Origin: Spirochaetota bacterium
Lineage (GTDB): Bacteria > Spirochaetota > UBA4802 > UBA5550
Assembly: GCA_963664815.2 (NCBI GenBank)
Contig: CAXXHB010000002.1
Span: 32,001-96,000 of the forward strand
Direction of reading: 5' to 3'
DNA: 64,000 bases
Shown: positions 58,766 through 64,000 of the stretch, piece by piece
Numbering within the stretch: the first letter of the stretch is position 1
Layout: every line of letters starts with the position of its first letter
The notes under the pieces: model-generated
The model's database searches: none
Seen by the model: the letters and a program-made list of their open reading frames with translations, nothing else
Told to the model about the DNA's origin: nothing
Made by a program: the position numbers and the translations under genes

Positions 58766-60992
58766 TATAAACCCCGTAAATTGCCTGTCCGGCTGATATC
58801 CCCGCATCATTTGCCGGGATTTTTCTGTTAATAAATACTCTGAGCCCTTCTGATGCAAGCTTTTTTTCCACACCTGAAAGCATAATCCTGTTCTGAAAAA
58901 CTCCCCCGCTCAATAAAACATTTTCAATACTACTGCCGGAACATACAGCGACCGCTATTTCCACTATACCATTCATCAGGGAGTTATGAAATATTTTTGC
59001 CAGATTCTCTATACTTTCACCTTTCAACTTCCGTTCATATAATTCTTCAATAAGCATTGATGAATTGAAGTTCATCAGTCCATCTTCATCTTTTATCGAG
59101 GCCGGAATATACTCTTCACTGCTGCTTTTCAGCGCAAGCATTTCAAGATATATAGCGGCTTCTGCCTCGTATGAAACGTTTTTATTAAAGCCCAAGAGTG
59201 CCCCTGCTGCATCAAAAAGCCTGCCGGCACTTGACGTGAGCGGCGAGAAATTTATATTATCAGAAATTTTATAAACATTCTCAGCGACACTTCTGTCTAC
59301 CCATGAGCATGCATCATAAAACTTATCCTGTCCAATAAGTCCCGACAGTATCCTCCACGGTTCTTTAATAGCCTTTTCCCCACCCGGTAAAGGAAAAAGT
59401 GATAATCTCCCCCTCCTGACGAATGAGTGAATATCCCCGGTGAATACCTCTCCACCCCAGACAGAACCATCGCTTCCATAACCTGTCCCGTCAAAAATTA
59501 TTCCTGCAGCATTACCTTCCAGAGCGTTTTCGAAATAGCACGAAAGAAAATGTGCATAATGGTGCTGTATCTGAAGCAATGGGATATTTCTGCTTTCTGA
59601 AAGTTCTCTGGCGAATGAAGTTGATTCATAATCCGGGTGAAGATCGGCAACCACTGCATCCGGAACAATACTGTAAAAATTCAGCATTTCATTAACAGTC
59701 TGTATAAAATGTGCAAAGGTATCAGGCGTCCCCAGGTCGCCAACATGATTGCTTGTCACTATGTTGTCTTCTGATACTACTGATATATTGCTTTTCAGTT
59801 CAGCCCCAAGGGCAAGGATCTTCTTTCCATTCTCCTGCGGAAGTTTAACAGGGAAAGGCATTTTCCCTCTCCCCATTCTTACGCTTATTTCCCTGTTTTC
59901 ACTGAAAAAAGATATGCTGTCATCTGCTCTTTTGTATATCTCCCTGTTATGCGTTAAAAAAACATCCACTATACCTGCAAGTTCAGCCGCGGCTTTATTA
60001 TCATCAATAATTAACGGGTCACCTGAGATATTTGCGCTTGTCATAACCAGCGGTATATTTACCCTGTCAAGAATAAGCTGATGAAGAGGGGTATATGCAA
60101 TCATTATGCCGAGGTACCCGTTCATCGGAGCTATATTTTCGGAAATTCCTGAATTGTCTTTTTTTTCGACCAGCACAATCGGGGAAATTTTTGAAAGGAG
60201 AAGTTTCTCTTCACTGAGGTTCAGCTTCACATATTTACGGGCGTCATCCACTGACCTGAACATAACAGCAAAAGGCTTACCGGGTCGTCTTTTTCTGTCC
60301 CTCAGTCTCTGAACCGCGTCGAAATCAACAGCCGAACATACAATATAGTATCCGCCAAGCCCTTTCACTGCAGCAATTTTACCTGAAAGCAGCGCAGCTG
60401 TTGTCTCATCAAATCCCGATACTGCCGGACCGCAAACCGGACATGAAAATCCTTCGATGTGATAACGCCTGTCTGCCGGATTGTCGTATTCCTCCCGGCA
60501 CGTGCCACAGAAGGGAAATTTATCCATTGATGTTTTCTTCCTGTCATATGGCATATCTTTCATGTATGTATACCGCGGGCCACAGTTCCCGCAGGTAATG
60601 AAGGGATACAGATATCTTCTGTCGGAAGGATTATTGAATTCTTTTCTGCAATCGTTACACATTGCTATATCAGGAGGAATGCTGAATCTTGTCGGCCCAT
60701 GCTCCCTGCTTTCAATTATAACAAATTCTTTTTCTCCGGGAATAACACTTATATCCTGCAACTTAAAAAATGAAATCACCGCGTTTTCAGGGATAAAACT
60801 GTAGAATGAATCCGTATATTTTTTTACTGTTTCAGGCTCACCCTGAATTTCAATCTCGACGGAATCTCTTGTATTAAGAACTTTCCCCTTAAGTCCCATG
60901 GAGAGAGCCTGCTTCGCCATCGCCGGCCGAAAACCAACACCCTGAACAATTCCCTTCACAGTAATTCTTACTCTTTTAAGACTCGTTTCCAT
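58758..60992 (-). CDS. hypF: Carbamoyltransferase HypF
   Basis: GIVQGVGFRP acylphosphatase domain, two Zn fingers, KGLGGY, DLHPDY, QHHYAH, DGTGYG, ND.GIS.GQ. Confidence 0.96.
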   Translation of the reverse strand: METSLKRVRITVKGIVQGVGFRPAMAKQALSMGLKGKVLNTRDSVEIEIQGEPETVKKYTDSFYSFIPENAVISFFKLQDISVIPGEKEFVIIESREHGPTRFSIPPDIAMCNDCRKEFNNPSDRRYLYPFITCGNCGPRYTYMKDMPYDRKKTSMDKFPFCGTCREEYDNPADRRYHIEGFSCPVCGPAVSGFDETTAALLSGKIAAVKGLGGYYIVCSAVDFDAVQRLRDRKRRPGKPFAVMFRSVDDARKYVKLNLSEEKLLLSKISPIVLVEKKDNSGISENIAPMNGYLGIMIAYTPLHQLILDRVNIPLVMTSANISGDPLIIDDNKAAAELAGIVDVFLTHNREIYKRADDSISFFSENREISVRMGRGKMPFPVKLPQENGKKILALGAELKSNISVVSEDNIVTSNHVGDLGTPDTFAHFIQTVNEMLNFYSIVPDAVVADLHPDYESTSFARELSESRNIPLLQIQHHYAHFLSCYFENALEGNAAGIIFDGTGYGSDGSVWGGEVFTGDIHSFVRRGRLSLFPLPGGEKAIKEPWRILSGLIGQDKFYDACSWVDRSVAENVYKISDNINFSPLTSSAGRLFDAAGALLGFNKNVSYEAEAAIYLEMLALKSSSEEYIPASIKDEDGLMNFNSSMLIEELYERKLKGESIENLAKIFHNSLMNGIVEIAVAVCSGSSIENVLLSGGVFQNRIMLSGVEKKLASEGLRVFINRKIPANDAGISAGQAIYGVYNA

Positions 60993-61137
60993 ATACTCTT
61001 TATACTCTTTTATTCACCGGGTAAATTACAAGATTTCTGTTAGTTAGTATAAGCTGCGTGATTTTTGTAAATAAAATGTTTACTATTTTGAAAACTTTTT
61101 ACATGGAAATTCAATAATTAAAAGAAAATAGTATTTA

Positions 61138-62493
61138 CTAGAATTTCATTTTAAAATCTTTTTCTTTGAATATTCTTATACAGGAAGCCACAACATCGGG
61201 ATCAAAATGCTTGCCGGCATATTTACGAAGTTCCTCAAATGCCGCCTCCATACCAAGGGCCGCCCTGTATGGTCTGTGCGAAGCCATGGCTTCAAGGACA
61301 TCTGCTACTGTTATTATTCTCGCCTGTATCAGGATTTCGTCACCTTTAATTCCCCGCGGATATCCCGAGCCGTCAAGTTTTTCATGATGCTGCAGAACTA
61401 TATCTGCAATAGGCCAGGGAAAATCTATATTTTTCATTATCTCATATCCCATCTCGGAATGAGTTTTTATAAGAGCAAATTCAATTTCATTGATTCTCCC
61501 CGGTTTATTCAGGATTTCTGAAGGAATGGCTATCTTTCCAAGATCATGTATCTGGCCCGCAAGATTTACACTCTCTATTATATCCCTGCTGAGCCCCATA
61601 TCCTTTGCTATCTCTTTTGCAATATCGGCCACCTTTTTCTGATGCCCGGCAGTATATGGGTCCCTCGTTTCCACAGTCTTGGTTATTGCTTCAATAGTTC
61701 CGTACATTGCCCTGGTGAGTGTATCCATACTCTCCTGGATTCTTCGGTCATATTCCACCTGTTGTGTAATATCCCTTACAACAAGAACTGCCCCCTGCAG
61801 TTTCCCGTTTCCCAGACGAAGAGGTGTTGAAGTAAAATCAACCGGTATTCTTTTATCTCCCGATGTCAGATAATTGTTGAACTCTATATAATTCATCGAC
61901 ATGGGGAAAAAGACATTGTCCTCCTCTTTCGGGTTGGTTCCCAGCTTCAGGGTTTCACTGATCGGCCTGCCGAGAATATCCTCCTTCCTTAAGTTGAGCA
62001 TCCTCCCCGCAGCGGCATTTACATAGTCAACATCACCGGATTCATCTATAACTATCACTGCATCCATAATGGAATTTAATATAGTTGAAACCCTGTTTTC
62101 ATTCTCTTTTACTTTACTTTCCATCTGGTGACGCAGAAGCGCCATCTCAATTGTCGCCCTAAGGTCCTTTTTGTTAAACGGTTTGATTATATACCCGTAT
62201 GCGTTGCTCTCTTTTGCTCTTTCTATAGTTGAGTAGTCTGATGATGAAGTAATATATACAAATGGTATGGATATAGTACTGTTGATACTTTTTGCCGATT
62301 CAATACCATCAAGCTTTCCCTCAAGATTGATATCCATAAGAACCAGATCCGGACCTTTTTTATTAATAATATCAACCGCTTCCTCCCCGGATGATACAGC
62401 TCCTGAAAGATAGTATCCGATATCAAGTATATACTTTTGAATCAGCTTTGATGTAATTCTGTCATCTTCAACGAGTAAAATATTGTACATCAT
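61138..62493 (-). CDS. REC-PAS-HD-GYP c-di-GMP phosphodiesterase response regulator
   Basis: VEDD, LMDI (phospho-Asp), KPF; PAS NAAA; RDPYTAGH, HDLGK, HHEKLDGSGYP. Confidence 0.93.
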   Translation of the reverse strand: MMYNILLVEDDRITSKLIQKYILDIGYYLSGAVSSGEEAVDIINKKGPDLVLMDINLEGKLDGIESAKSINSTISIPFVYITSSSDYSTIERAKESNAYGYIIKPFNKKDLRATIEMALLRHQMESKVKENENRVSTILNSIMDAVIVIDESGDVDYVNAAAGRMLNLRKEDILGRPISETLKLGTNPKEEDNVFFPMSMNYIEFNNYLTSGDKRIPVDFTSTPLRLGNGKLQGAVLVVRDITQQVEYDRRIQESMDTLTRAMYGTIEAITKTVETRDPYTAGHQKKVADIAKEIAKDMGLSRDIIESVNLAGQIHDLGKIAIPSEILNKPGRINEIEFALIKTHSEMGYEIMKNIDFPWPIADIVLQHHEKLDGSGYPRGIKGDEILIQARIITVADVLEAMASHRPYRAALGMEAAFEELRKYAGKHFDPDVVASCIRIFKEKDFKMKF

Positions 62494-62714
62494 CCACCTT
62501 TTATTAAAATCTTTTTTACTATAAGAAATTCTTACAGCCGCTTATGTTAATAATAAATATAAATGTATGTTTTGTAAACAAATAGCCTCAATCAGCAGGA
62601 TATCAGGTTTTTATAAAAGAATCATAATTATATGTCTTCTTTTTATAATACTATACTTTTAAATCTACTTTTTTATATGTGTAATTCCAATATTTATTCT
62701 TTAATCTTTTTAAA

Positions 62715-62762
62715 GCATTTAGTAAAAGTGACTTTTTTAAAAAAGTTACTTTTACTAAATGC
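62715..62762. repeat. 48-bp zero-spacer palindrome (one mismatch) in a divergent intergenic region
   Basis: GCATTTAGTAAAAGTGACTTTTTT|AAAAAAGTTACTTTTACTAAATGC. Confidence 0.9.
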
Positions 62763-63025
62763 GGCAAATATGATTATTGATATTATGAATTTTATAAAAA
62801 ATATAGTAGCAATTCCAAACCAGATATTATATTGCCAAAAAAAGGCTCATAAAGATTTTGTATTAGTACTATTATACAGTTGTAGCAGGATAAAATTAAA
62901 GTATAGTGATTTTTTATTAAAAAAGGAGTTTTTTGCAACTTTTAACATGAATATTGGTATAAAAAAACGAATGGACATATATAAAATAACTCAAAGATAT
63001 GTATCTGATTTTTCAGGAGGTAAAG

Positions 63026-64000
63026 ATGTACAGCTTAGGCATTAATATCGGCTCATCCAGCATTAAAACTGTATTGATGGATGGAGAAAGCCTGATTTCA
63101 TTTAATGTAATCGACCATGAGGGTGATTTTTTAACGGCACTGAAAAAAGTGATCTATGAAGATAAAATCCCCTCAGATTGTAAAATTCTTGTAACCGGTA
63201 CAGAGGGCCGGTTTCTGGTCAATTCAAACAATGTTATAGAAAGTTTATGTGTTGAAGCAGCTATCAGAAAACTTAATATAAAAACCGATGCAGTAGTTTC
63301 ACTTGGCGGGGAAAATTTTGTTGTTTATACTCTTGATGAAACAGGCAAAATTATTACAAATTTTTCCGGCAACAAATGCGCTTCAGGCACGGGAGAGTTC
63401 TTCAAACAGCAGTTAGGGAGAATGGATTTAACTCTCCGGGATATCGATGTAATCCCTGAATGTTCAAAACCGCATCCATTATCATCCAGATGTTCAGTCT
63501 TCATGAAAAGCGACTGTACACACAAGCTTAACAAGGGTGAGGCAACAAAACATGATATAGTTCTTTCGCTCAGTGATGTAATGGCAACAAAGGTTGCCGA
63601 TTTTCTGAAAAGGGCCAAAATAAGAGACGGCCGCGTTGTACTCACCGGCGGAGTTACTGAAAATACTCATATCATTAAATATATAAAAGATAAACTCCCG
63701 GGTCTTGAAATTATTGTTCCCGATCAGGCCAAGTATTTTGAAGCATATGGCGCGGCGCTGCTTGCCGCCAGCTCAGGAAGCCCTCTCCCTTCACCAGAAA
63801 CAGTTTTTAAAAACAATGAGATCGCTTTCGGAAGGTACCCCTCACTTAAAAATTCTCTGGGACGAGTCAACTATATTGAACCTTTGAGATCAAAAGTAAG
63901 AGCAGGCAGAGAATACATCCTTGGCATCGACGGTGGTTCCACTACCACGAAGGTTGCCCTGATAGATTTTGAAACAGATGAAATTGTTGCTGATTATTAT
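63026..64000 (+). CDS. 2-hydroxyacyl-CoA dehydratase activase-like protein (tandem BadF/BcrAD ASKHA ATPase domains), runs off the window
   Basis: AGGAGG SD, ATG 63026; MYSLGINIGSSSIK, NKCASGTGEF, SRCSVF, second domain LGIDGGSTTTK. Confidence 0.88.
   Translation, partial: MYSLGINIGSSSIKTVLMDGESLISFNVIDHEGDFLTALKKVIYEDKIPSDCKILVTGTEGRFLVNSNNVIESLCVEAAIRKLNIKTDAVVSLGGENFVVYTLDETGKIITNFSGNKCASGTGEFFKQQLGRMDLTLRDIDVIPECSKPHPLSSRCSVFMKSDCTHKLNKGEATKHDIVLSLSDVMATKVADFLKRAKIRDGRVVLTGGVTENTHIIKYIKDKLPGLEIIVPDQAKYFEAYGAALLAASSGSPLPSPETVFKNNEIAFGRYPSLKNSLGRVNYIEPLRSKVRAGREYILGIDGGSTTTKVALIDFETDEIVADYY

Noticed and set aside
58766-58873. 36-aa N-terminal extension of HypA (similar extensions for RadA, DapL, MarR, Nudix and the PEGA protein)
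   Set aside because: The family N-terminus (MHE for HypA) and SD positions indicate downstream starts; the extensions overlap neighbouring genes or promoters.
62715-62762. Palindromes as Borrelia-type replicated hairpin-telomere junctions (TAGTA lies 14 nt from the axis here)
   Set aside because: The motif orientation differs from the Borrelia box as I recall it, the other palindromes lack it, the flanks are unique genes rather than mirrored DNA, and no resolvase is in the window.
62632-63045. 137-aa ORF in the ORF track
   Set aside because: Very AT-rich low-complexity translation, no SD, runs through the 48-bp palindrome and overlaps the real activase start in another frame.
860-63887. Numerous 60-160-aa ORFs antisense or out of frame within long genes (e.g. 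9074..9493, 18247..18720, 27522..27971, 63325..63645)
   Set aside because: Shadow ORFs of well-supported genes, with no motifs or SD sequences.
1-64000. CRISPR array, prophage, transposon or defence island
   Set aside because: No regularly spaced direct repeats and no cas, integrase, transposase or phage structural genes recognised.

Overview
AT-rich chromosomal backbone of an anaerobic or fermentative spirochaete. From memory, the LexA, Pth and lipoprotein sequences look close to the Leptospira lineage; this is inference and no search was run. Housekeeping genes: dapL, lexA, the ispE-tRNA-Gln-glmU-prs-rplY-pth cluster, radA, cutA and hypF-hypA-hypB. Also present are acyl-CoA and lipid enzymes, an AOR-family oxidoreductase, c-di-GMP signalling proteins (GGDEF, HD-GYP, HDOD) and many envelope proteins (SH3, TPR/PEGA, Slt, FecR, MCE, M23, ExbBD). 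I saw no integrase, transposase, prophage or CRISPR array. The best candidate for an undescribed system is a 1906-aa exported protein (44135..49855). It carries a colinear series of motifs of SprA, the type IX secretion translocon, in a non-Bacteroidota organism with no other T9SS gene in the window. Other points of interest: a Pth lacking its catalytic residues at the canonical rplY-pth locus; a glmU half-gene that appears to need an ATC/ATA start codon; an unannotated 32-aa K/R-rich ORF; several apparent pseudoenzyme domains; and a set of long, mutually unrelated, almost spacer-free palindromes.
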